From Mucisphaera calidilacus (GTDB lineage Bacteria > Planctomycetota > Phycisphaerae > Phycisphaerales > Phycisphaeraceae), in the NCBI RefSeq assembly GCF_007748075.1, contig NZ_CP036280.1:3030001-3062000 (forward strand): 32,000 nucleotides of DNA, in the 5' to 3' direction. The notes under the pieces were generated by a model. That model was not told the DNA's origin. It did not search any database and worked only from the letters and a program-made list of their open reading frames with translations. Below, piece by piece: positions 16,236 through 22,861 of the stretch; position 1 is the stretch's first letter; the number at the start of each line of letters is the position of its first letter. The position numbers and the translations under genes were made by a program.

Positions 16236-17366
16236 ATGGCTGCAGGCGTTCAGGTTCCGGGCCCGACAGGCCCGCGTGACGGCGCACGATTGCTGATCGT
16301 GCGGCCCTCGGCGTTGGGCGACGTGGCCCGGACGGTGCCCGTCCTGGCGGCCCTGCGCGGCTCCTTCCCGAACGCATCGATCGACTGGCTGGTCCACCCG
16401 GCCTACGCCGACGCGATCCGCTGCCACCCGGACCTCCGCGAGGCGATCCCCTTCGACCGCAAGGGCATGTCGGGCTTCGGGCTGCGGCCGTCGGCAACCC
16501 GCAAGGGGCTGAGCCTCATCCGTCGGCTGCGCCGCGAGCGTTACGACCGGGTCTACGACCTGCAGGGCCTGGCGCGGAGCGGTTTCTTCACGTGGATGTC
16601 GGGGAGTCGGCACCGCGTCGGGTTCGCGGACGCCCGCGAGGGTGCCGCGTGGGGCTACAACCGTCGCCACCATGTGAACAAGGTCCATACTGTGGACCGG
16701 ATGCTCGGATTACTGGCAGCAGATGGCGTCGCGCTCCAGCAGGAGCCCGACCTGAGGCTCTACACGCCCGCCGAGGACCAGCGTTGGGCGGACAGCTATC
16801 TCGCGAAGCACGGCATCGACGCGGAACGGGGTTTCGTCTGCGTGGCGCCGACGGCGCAGTGGCGCTGCAAGTGGTGGCCTATGGATCGCTACGCCGCCTT
16901 GATCAACAGGATCGTCGCCGAGCCATGCTGCGGCGGGCGGGTGCTGGTGCTCGCGGCCCCGCACGAGTTCGACGAACTCCTGCCGCTTCGCGAGGCGCTG
17001 GATGCTCAAGCGGCCGGACGCGTCGACTTCCCCCCGACGGCGAGCGTCGGCCAGCTGATGGGGCTGCTCGGCCGCAGCGGCCTGGTCATCAGCAACGACT
17101 CGGCATCGCTTCACCTTGGCGTCGGGCTGGGGCGGCCGGTGGTCGGGGTCTTCGGGCCCACCGACCCGCGCCGCGTCGGGCCTTACGGGCATGACGACGC
17201 GGTCGTTCAACCCGATGCGGCCCGCGAGCCGGGTTTCACGTTCGACTACCGAAAACACCGCGACGACCAGAGCCTGATCGCGCAGATCCCGGTCGCGACG
17301 GTATGGTCAATGATTCTTCGCGTGGCGGGAACCTCGCCCGACCGTCAGACGTCTAAAGCCGTGTAA
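16236..17366 (+). CDS. Glycosyltransferase family 9 protein (LPS heptosyltransferase-like)
   Basis: The ORF track starts at 16110. The N-terminal 42 residues look non-coding (Cys/Ser-rich, lower GC). ATG 16236 precedes LLIVRPSALGDV, and the C-terminus has NDSASLHLGVGLGRPVVGVFGPTDP; both are typical GT9 patterns. TATATT lies at 16222-16227, so the mRNA may be nearly leaderless. Confidence 0.7.
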   Translation: MAAGVQVPGPTGPRDGARLLIVRPSALGDVARTVPVLAALRGSFPNASIDWLVHPAYADAIRCHPDLREAIPFDRKGMSGFGLRPSATRKGLSLIRRLRRERYDRVYDLQGLARSGFFTWMSGSRHRVGFADAREGAAWGYNRRHHVNKVHTVDRMLGLLAADGVALQQEPDLRLYTPAEDQRWADSYLAKHGIDAERGFVCVAPTAQWRCKWWPMDRYAALINRIVAEPCCGGRVLVLAAPHEFDELLPLREALDAQAAGRVDFPPTASVGQLMGLLGRSGLVISNDSASLHLGVGLGRPVVGVFGPTDPRRVGPYGHDDAVVQPDAAREPGFTFDYRKHRDDQSLIAQIPVATVWSMILRVAGTSPDRQTSKAV

Positions 17367-17392
17367 GCCTTCCTCACCTTCTGGAGTCTGCC

Positions 17393-18715
17393 ATGAAACC
17401 CACTTTCGCCTGGCTGAAGATCATCATCGTTCTTGTCGTGTTTGTCCTGCTGATCGGCATCTTCCTGCCGAGTCTGGGAGCGGCTCGCAGACTCGCACCG
17501 GCCCATGAGTACAACATCTATGTCGGAGCGGGGATGCATGCAGCAGACGAAGCGGACCAGGCCAGGTCGAGGAGGCCCATGTCAGCGGGAGCTTATGGCA
17601 TCGAATCAGCGGGGATAGGTGTCGCCATGGGAAGAGCCTATGCCTCTGATGCGCCGGCCTCAGCGGCTCCGCCAGCATCGCTCAAGGCAGGCGACGTGGT
17701 GCAGGCGATGGAAGAGCAGTCGCAGCAGGACCCGGCCGCCGAGCGACAGGTGATCTACACCGGACGATTGATCATCGCGGTGGCGGACGTGCAAGCGGCG
17801 ATCGCCTTCGTGCGCGCTCAGGCCGAGTCGATGGGCGGGCACATGCAGAGCCTCCAGGGCGAGGGAATCACGGTGCGCGTGCCGGCGCAGCGGTTCGACA
17901 GCGTCATCGACCGCATCGAAGACCTGGGCGAGCTGCGTCACAAGAGCATCAACGCGCAGGACGTCACGCGCGAGTTCCAGGACACCGAGATCCAGCTCCG
18001 CACGGCGCGGACGTCCTACGACCGGCTGATCACCCTGCTGGAGCAGGCCGAGAAGACCGAGGACGTCATCGCGATCGAGAAGGAGCTGCGTCGGCTCAAG
18101 ACCGAGATCGACCGGATCGAGACGCGCCGTCGCTACCTCAAGGACCAGGTCGCGCTGGCCACGCTGACCGTCACCTTCAACGCCAAGGTCCCGCAGCAGC
18201 CGACCGAGAAGCCGATCCCGATCCGGTGGCTCTCGGAGCTGGCTTTTGAATTGCTCAACCCGCAGGCCCCGCCGCCCATGAACGACATCTTCCGTGCGGG
18301 CGTGACCTTCGACCTGCCCGAGAACTTCGTCCGTCATTACCAGGAGGGCTACGTGACGATGGCGATGGCGCCGGGCGAGGTCGGCCTCAAGGTGATCCGC
18401 CACAACAACTACGACGAGGGCCCGCTCGAGTTCTGGCTCAGCCTCGTGCGGGACACGCTCATCGACCGCCATGGCGTGCCCGTCGGCGAGCCGATGACCG
18501 AGCACCTCAACGGACGCTGGTGGGGCAAGAGCTCGACCGAGGTGGCGGTTCTCGAGGGCACCAAGACAGTCGCAGCGGAACCGCACGGCTACATCGTCGG
18601 CATCATCGCGGCCGATCGCCACGTCTACACCTACGAGGCGTGGGGACCCGAGGCAGCGCTGGCGACGCACAGGGACGCCATCATCGAGTCGATGATGACG
18701 CTGCGTGCCCGCTGA
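17393..18715 (+). CDS. DUF4349-like membrane-anchored protein with an extra C-terminal domain
   Basis: 440-aa ORF with GGAG upstream and one N-terminal TM helix (LKIIIVLVVFVLLIGIFLPSLGAARR). The central region (QVIYTGRLIIAV...VRVPAQRFDSVIDRIEDLGEL...INAQDVTREFQDTEIQLRTART...LEQAEKTEDVIAIEKEL...L ATLTVTF) has the pattern I associate with DUF4349. About 170 further residues are unassigned. Confidence 0.6.
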   Translation: MKPTFAWLKIIIVLVVFVLLIGIFLPSLGAARRLAPAHEYNIYVGAGMHAADEADQARSRRPMSAGAYGIESAGIGVAMGRAYASDAPASAAPPASLKAGDVVQAMEEQSQQDPAAERQVIYTGRLIIAVADVQAAIAFVRAQAESMGGHMQSLQGEGITVRVPAQRFDSVIDRIEDLGELRHKSINAQDVTREFQDTEIQLRTARTSYDRLITLLEQAEKTEDVIAIEKELRRLKTEIDRIETRRRYLKDQVALATLTVTFNAKVPQQPTEKPIPIRWLSELAFELLNPQAPPPMNDIFRAGVTFDLPENFVRHYQEGYVTMAMAPGEVGLKVIRHNNYDEGPLEFWLSLVRDTLIDRHGVPVGEPMTEHLNGRWWGKSSTEVAVLEGTKTVAAEPHGYIVGIIAADRHVYTYEAWGPEAALATHRDAIIESMMTLRAR

Positions 18716-19683
18716 TGGCCCTGATCTGCGGCATCGACGAAGCCGGATACGGCCCGCTGCTCGGCCCGCTGACGCTGGCACGCGTGGCACTCGAAGTCCC
18801 CGAGCCGGACGCCGACCCGTGGTCGCTGCTCGACAAGGCGGTGAGCCGGACACTCGGCAAGCGCAAGGGACGGCTGGTCGTCAACGACTCGAAGAAGCTC
18901 AACGTGCGCTCGGTGGGCGTGGTGCACCTCGAGACGAGTTGCCTGGCCTTCGCGGGTGCGGCGGATCGCGACACGACAGACGTCGGCCTGTTCTTCGACG
19001 GCCTGCACGAGACCAGCCACCGCCAACTCGATCACCTGCCCTGGTACGCGCCGACGCAGGAGCAGCCCTGGCAGCCGCTGCCGACCGCGCTGACCGAAGG
19101 CGAACTGGCGATCGCCCGGTCGATGCTGCGAACCGCGATGGCTTCGGCTGGCATCAGCGTGCGGGACATGGCCGTGTCGCTGGTCTTCGAGGACGCGTTC
19201 AACGACCTCGTCCGCAAGACCCACTCCAAGGCATCGGCCAGCTTCACCTACGTCGCCCGCCACCTGATGGCAATCTGGCGCGACCTCGGCCAAGAGCAAC
19301 CCGTCGTCGTGATCGACCGCCAGTCGGGGCGGACCCGCTACCGGGAGCTGATCGCGATGCTGCTGCCCGACGCGACCATCCGGGTGCTCGACGAGTCGCC
19401 CGAGCGCTCGGCGTATCACGTCCGTGAGGGCGATCGATCGATGACGCTCGGCTTCGAGACCAAGGCCGACGGCAACCACTTCCCGGTGGCGTTGGCCTCG
19501 ATGCTGGCCAAGTACAGCCGGGAGCTGATGATGGAGCGGCTCAACGGCTGGTTCACGCGTCAGCTGCCCGACCTGACCCCGACGGCGGGGTACGCGGTCG
19601 ACGGCCGACGCTTTGTGAACGACATCACGCCTCACCTCCCCGCCATGGGCATCGAGACCAACCAGATCTGCCGGATCGCTTGA
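18715..19683 (+). CDS. Divergent ribonuclease HII-family protein (expanded, 322 aa)
   Basis: The ORF track starts at 18520. ATG 18715 (MALICGIDEAGYGPL) overlaps the upstream TGA by 1 nt. All four RNase HII landmark segments are present: GIDEAGYGPLLGPL (DE), VNDSKKL (D), VVVIDRQSG (D), and KADGNHFPVALASMLAKYSRE. There are about 180 residues between the DSKK and ID motifs, versus roughly 60 in E. coli RnhB as I recall it. Confidence 0.6.
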   Translation: MALICGIDEAGYGPLLGPLTLARVALEVPEPDADPWSLLDKAVSRTLGKRKGRLVVNDSKKLNVRSVGVVHLETSCLAFAGAADRDTTDVGLFFDGLHETSHRQLDHLPWYAPTQEQPWQPLPTALTEGELAIARSMLRTAMASAGISVRDMAVSLVFEDAFNDLVRKTHSKASASFTYVARHLMAIWRDLGQEQPVVVIDRQSGRTRYRELIAMLLPDATIRVLDESPERSAYHVREGDRSMTLGFETKADGNHFPVALASMLAKYSRELMMERLNGWFTRQLPDLTPTAGYAVDGRRFVNDITPHLPAMGIETNQICRIA

Positions 19684-19701
19684 GCCAACCCCGCGCCTTG
19701 A
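19684..19701 (+). repeat. Left copy of a perfect 18-bp direct repeat GCCAACCCCGCGCCTTGA
   Basis: Identical 18-mer at 19684-19701 and 21174-21191. The left copy begins immediately after the TGA of the RNase HII-like gene. Confidence 0.9.
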
Positions 19702-19720
19702 TCCAGGTAGCGATCCTTAA

Positions 19721-19746
19721 ATTCTCAATTTAAGACAATTTGATAA
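19721..19746 (+). repeat. 26-bp direct repeat, copy 1 (ATTCTCAATTTAAGACAATTTGATAA)
   Basis: Matches copy 2 at 22/26 positions. Overlaps a perfect inverted repeat TTAAATT-ctc-AATTTAA (19717-19733). Confidence 0.75.
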
Positions 19747-19812
19747 CTCATTGTTAACCAAGACCTCAATTAGGGCCTCTGTGCGGCCTTCTACGCCATT
19801 CAATCTTGATTT

Positions 19813-19838
19813 ATTCTCAATTATAGTTAATTTGATAA
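19813..19838 (+). repeat. 26-bp direct repeat, copy 2 (ATTCTCAATTATAGTTAATTTGATAA), overlapping a TATAGT -10-like hexamer
   Basis: Starts 92 bp after copy 1 starts and ends 3 nt before the fic ATG. Contains TATAGT at 19822-19827. Confidence 0.75.
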
Positions 19839-19841
19839 TAA

Positions 19842-21191
19842 ATGAGGATTCCAAAACGACCACCCCGTGACGCTATTGCCAAGTATCTCGATGCCTTGTT
19901 CCGGCACGAGACGGCTGACCTGAAGGCATGGCCGCGACAAGCGGCTTTCTTGCGGGACACCGAAGACGCCTATCGCCACTGGGACAAGGTGCGGATCCTG
20001 GCCCGGGCCGAGGGTCTGGACCCTGAGATCACGTGGGGCGAGATCGTTGCCTCGAGAAGCCCGCGTCTTCAACCGGTTCAACTGCATGGCCACGGGAACA
20101 AGCCACTCCAGTACCTCATCCCCAATCGTCTTCAGCAGGAACTGATGCTGATCGATCAGCAACTCGCCGGACAACTCACCACCCGTGATGAACAGCCGCT
20201 CTCGGTGCGAGACAAGGAACGCTTCATCGTCCGTGCTCTGCATGAAGAGGCCATCACGTCCAGTATGCTCGAGGGGGCTGCCACCACGCGACGCGAAGCG
20301 AAAGACATGCTGCGCCGGCAGCGCAAACCGCGCAACCGAGGCGAGCAGATGGTTCTGAACAACTATCAGGCCATCGAATTTGCGCGCGACCACCTTGACC
20401 ACAGTCTCACCCCTGAGTTACTGCTTGAACTCCAGACCATCCTCACCCGAGACACGCTCGATCGGCCTGATGAAGTCGGCCGGTTTCGCCGGCGGGATGA
20501 CGTTATCCATGTCGAGGATCGACGCGATAACGAGATCATCCATACACCACCCGATGCCGTAGAACTCCCGCAGCGCCTTGAGCGGTTGTGTGCCTTCGCC
20601 AATGCCGGCAACGACACGCGTCGATTCATCCACCCGGTGATTCGGGCCTCCATCCTCCATTTCCAGATCGGCTTTGATCACCCCTTCTGTGACGGCAACG
20701 GACGAACCGCGCGCACGCTCTTCTACTGGCTGATGCTACGCCACGGCTACTGGCTCTTTGAATATCTCCCGATCTCCAGGCTGATCTACCGGGCTCCGGC
20801 CCGTTACGTCAGGGCGTATCTCTATTGTGAGACCGACGACTTCGACGTTACATACTTCCTCATGTACACCGCCGAGGTGATCCGCAAAGCTCGTGAAGAA
20901 CTGCAGACCTACATCGAGCACAAGATGAAGCAGTCGAGGGACGCTCAACACATCTACCGCGATGACAGCCGGCTCAATCACCGGCAGCGTGAAGCGATCA
21001 GGCTGATCACCACGAATCCTGCGAGGGTGCTGACGATCGCCGAGCATCAGGAACGGCATCAGATCGTAAACGCCACCGCACGCACCGACTTGCTGAAACT
21101 CGCCGAATGGGGCTATCTCACCCGGGAGCGGATCGGGCGACGCTTCGAGTTCCTCACAGGACCCCGACTCATCGCCAACCCCGCGCCTTGA
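19842..21191 (+). CDS. Fic-family protein (AMPylase-type Fic/DOC fold) with an N-terminal inhibitory motif and a C-terminal winged-helix-like region
   Basis: 449-aa ORF. Canonical Fic motif HPFCDGNGRTAR (20679-20714). An upstream SSMLEG matches the (S/T)xxxE(G/N) inhibitory motif (20259-20276). The C-terminal segment RQREAIRLI...LTIAEHQERHQIVNATARTDLLKLAEWGYLTRERIGRRFEF looks like a wHTH. The last six codons and the stop lie in the right direct repeat. Confidence 0.85.
   Translation: MRIPKRPPRDAIAKYLDALFRHETADLKAWPRQAAFLRDTEDAYRHWDKVRILARAEGLDPEITWGEIVASRSPRLQPVQLHGHGNKPLQYLIPNRLQQELMLIDQQLAGQLTTRDEQPLSVRDKERFIVRALHEEAITSSMLEGAATTRREAKDMLRRQRKPRNRGEQMVLNNYQAIEFARDHLDHSLTPELLLELQTILTRDTLDRPDEVGRFRRRDDVIHVEDRRDNEIIHTPPDAVELPQRLERLCAFANAGNDTRRFIHPVIRASILHFQIGFDHPFCDGNGRTARTLFYWLMLRHGYWLFEYLPISRLIYRAPARYVRAYLYCETDDFDVTYFLMYTAEVIRKAREELQTYIEHKMKQSRDAQHIYRDDSRLNHRQREAIRLITTNPARVLTIAEHQERHQIVNATARTDLLKLAEWGYLTRERIGRRFEFLTGPRLIANPAP
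21174..21191 (+). repeat. Right copy of the perfect 18-bp direct repeat GCCAACCCCGCGCCTTGA
   Basis: Identical to 19684-19701. Encodes ANPAP-stop of fic, and its terminal TTGA forms part of the TTGAAA -35 element of the tRNA-Glu promoter. Confidence 0.9.
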
Positions 21192-21215
21192 AACCCCCTC
21201 CGGCCTCCCTATAAT
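21188..21215 (+). promoter_or_regulatory. Near-consensus sigma70-type promoter for tRNA-Glu (TTGAAA-16 nt-TATAAT)
   Basis: TTGAAA at 21188-21193, 16-nt spacer, perfect TATAAT at 21210-21215, ending 12 nt upstream of the tRNA 5' end. Confidence 0.55.
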
Positions 21216-21227
21216 CACCGATTCGAC

Positions 21228-21300
21228 GCCCCGTTCGTCTAGTGGCCTAGGACATCGCCCTCTCACGGCGACGACATGGGTTCAAATCCCATACGGGGTA
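21228..21300 (+). tRNA. tRNA-Glu (anticodon CTC)
   Basis: GCCCCGT-TC-GTCTAGTGGCCTAGGAC-A-TCGCC-CTCTCAC-GGCGA-CGAC-ATGGG-TTCAAAT-CCCAT-ACGGGGT-A. The D-arm is almost identical to E. coli tRNA-Glu, and the anticodon loop is CU-CUC-AC. Position 1:72 would be a G:U pair. CCA is not encoded. Confidence 0.9.
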
Positions 21301-21350
21301 TTTCCCTTGAACAACCCATCCGACGACACCCGCAAGGTAGAGTGACGCGC

Positions 21351-22448
21351 ATGAGATACGCCCTCATTATCGCCGGCGGCTCCGGCACCCGCCTCTGGCC
21401 GATGTCGACCCGGGACCTGCCCAAGCAGCTGATCCCGCTGTTTGGCGGCAAGTCACTCCTCGAACTCGCCGTCGAACGCCTGCTGGGGCTGGTGGGTGCC
21501 GAGAACCTCTACGTCTGTGCCGGCTCGTCCATGCGTGACGTCATGCTCCGGACGATCCCGAGCCTCTCAGCGGACAACTTCATCGCCGAGCCGATGGGCC
21601 GCGACACCCTCAACGCGATCGCCCTGAGCTGCGCGGTCCTCCGCAGGCAGGACCCCGACGCGACCGTCGGCGTCTTCACGGCGGATCAACTCATCGAGCC
21701 GGTCGAAACCTTCCAGCAGATCGTGGAGCAGGGATTCAGCGTCGCGGAGGCGGCCGACGACCTGCTCGTGACCTTCGGCGTCGAGCCGACCCACCCCGCC
21801 ACGGGCTACGGCTATCTCGAACTCACCGACAAGCTCCCCGAAAGCGACGCGGCCAGCCTCGTGGGCACCTTCAAAGAGAAGCCCGACCTCGAGACGGCCA
21901 GGACCTACCTCGCGGCGAAAGACCGCTTCCTCTGGAACTCGGGGATGTTCGTCTGGAAGGCAGAGACCCTGCTGCGTGCCGTCGAGCAGTTCGCGCCGGA
22001 GAACCACGGGCCGATCCTCGAACTCGCCGAGAGCTGGGGCACCGAGGCATGGGAGGAGCTCGCGAACACGATCTACCCGACGCTCAAGAAGATCAGCATC
22101 GACTTCGCCGTCATGGAGCCGGCCTCGCGTGCGCCCGACTACCGTGTCGCGGCCATCCCCTCGCCCTTCCGCTGGCTCGACGTCGGGAGTTGGCCGAGCT
22201 ACCAGACCACGCTCGATCCGGATGATGCCAACAACACCTCATCCGGCTGCCCGAACACCCTGCTCGACTGTAAGAACACGCTGGTCGCCTCGGACGACCC
22301 GGACCACCTGGTCGCTGCGATCGGCCTGGAAGACGTCATCATCGTGCGCACGGCCAAGGCCACGCTGGTCTGCAGGGCACAGGACGCCGAACGCATCAAG
22401 CAGCTCCACGCGGCCGTCGGTGAGCAGCACGGCGACGCCTACCTCTGA
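21351..22448 (+). CDS. manC: Mannose-1-phosphate guanylyltransferase (NTP-transferase domain only, no PMI domain)
   Basis: The ORF track starts at 21276, inside the tRNA. ATG 21351 gives MRYALIIAGGSGTRLWPMSTRDLPKQL (GGxGxRLWPxS). Downstream segments are typical of GDP-mannose pyrophosphorylases: FTADQLI, GYGYLE, FKEKPD, WNSGMFVW, SIDFAVME. Confidence 0.8.
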   Translation: MRYALIIAGGSGTRLWPMSTRDLPKQLIPLFGGKSLLELAVERLLGLVGAENLYVCAGSSMRDVMLRTIPSLSADNFIAEPMGRDTLNAIALSCAVLRRQDPDATVGVFTADQLIEPVETFQQIVEQGFSVAEAADDLLVTFGVEPTHPATGYGYLELTDKLPESDAASLVGTFKEKPDLETARTYLAAKDRFLWNSGMFVWKAETLLRAVEQFAPENHGPILELAESWGTEAWEELANTIYPTLKKISIDFAVMEPASRAPDYRVAAIPSPFRWLDVGSWPSYQTTLDPDDANNTSSGCPNTLLDCKNTLVASDDPDHLVAAIGLEDVIIVRTAKATLVCRAQDAERIKQLHAAVGEQHGDAYL

Positions 22449-22861
22449 TGAAGCGCTACCTGGCGATCGATCCGGGCGGGAAACGCACCGGCCTGGCCCT
22501 GGGCGACGACCTCACCAAGCTCGCCTCGCCACTCGACGTCATCCAGACTGCGAGCCCGACCGAACGACTCCGGCAGATACGCGATGCCATCGAACGCGAG
22601 CAGCCCGACGAGCTGGTGCTGGGTCTGCCGCTCAACATGGACGGCAGCGAAGGGCCCGCGGCCAAGGCGGCTCGTCTGTTCGCCGATGAGCTGCGCGAAG
22701 CGACACAACTTGAGGTCCACCTCGCCGATGAGCGTTTGACCTCGGACGTCGCCGATCAGCAGATGGCACGCACGGGGCTGACACACAAGCAGAAAAAACA
22801 GCTGCGCGACGCACTCGCCGCTGCGACGCTGCTGCAGGATTTTCTTAATCAGTCCGCCTAG
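22448..22861 (+). CDS. ruvX: Holliday-junction resolvase-like nuclease RuvX (YqgF family)
   Basis: 137-aa ORF with YLAIDPGGKRTGLALGD and LGLPLNMDGSEGP (YqgF pattern). The ATG overlaps the manC TGA by 1 nt. Confidence 0.85.
   Translation: MKRYLAIDPGGKRTGLALGDDLTKLASPLDVIQTASPTERLRQIRDAIEREQPDELVLGLPLNMDGSEGPAAKAARLFADELREATQLEVHLADERLTSDVADQQMARTGLTHKQKKQLRDALAAATLLQDFLNQSA

Larger units (their letters stand above)
19684..21191 (+). mobile_element. Putative integrated islet (about 1.49 kb plus one repeat copy) carrying only a fic gene
   Basis: Bracketed by the 18-bp direct repeats. Contains a 140-bp AT-rich leader and a gene whose sampled lines are 57-60% G+C (lines 20401 and 20761), against 67% for flanking line 19441. 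Sits next to a tRNA gene. No recombinase gene or terminal inverted repeats were seen. Confidence 0.4.

Noticed and set aside
17660-19635. Long minus-strand ORFs (17660-18853 and 18631-19635)
   Set aside because: They are antisense to the DUF4349-like and RNase HII-like genes. Their translations are R/G/H/L-rich with no motifs.
19684-21191. Integrase, transposase or terminal inverted repeats in the fic islet
   Set aside because: I looked on both strands. The only long ORF is fic, the minus-strand ORFs are antisense artefacts, and the islet ends show no inverted repeat. The mobile-element call therefore stays low-confidence.
21276-21350. N-terminal extension of the manC-like ORF
   Set aside because: It overlaps the tRNA-Glu gene (21228-21300). 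The conserved GGxGxRLWP motif begins right after the ATG at 21351.
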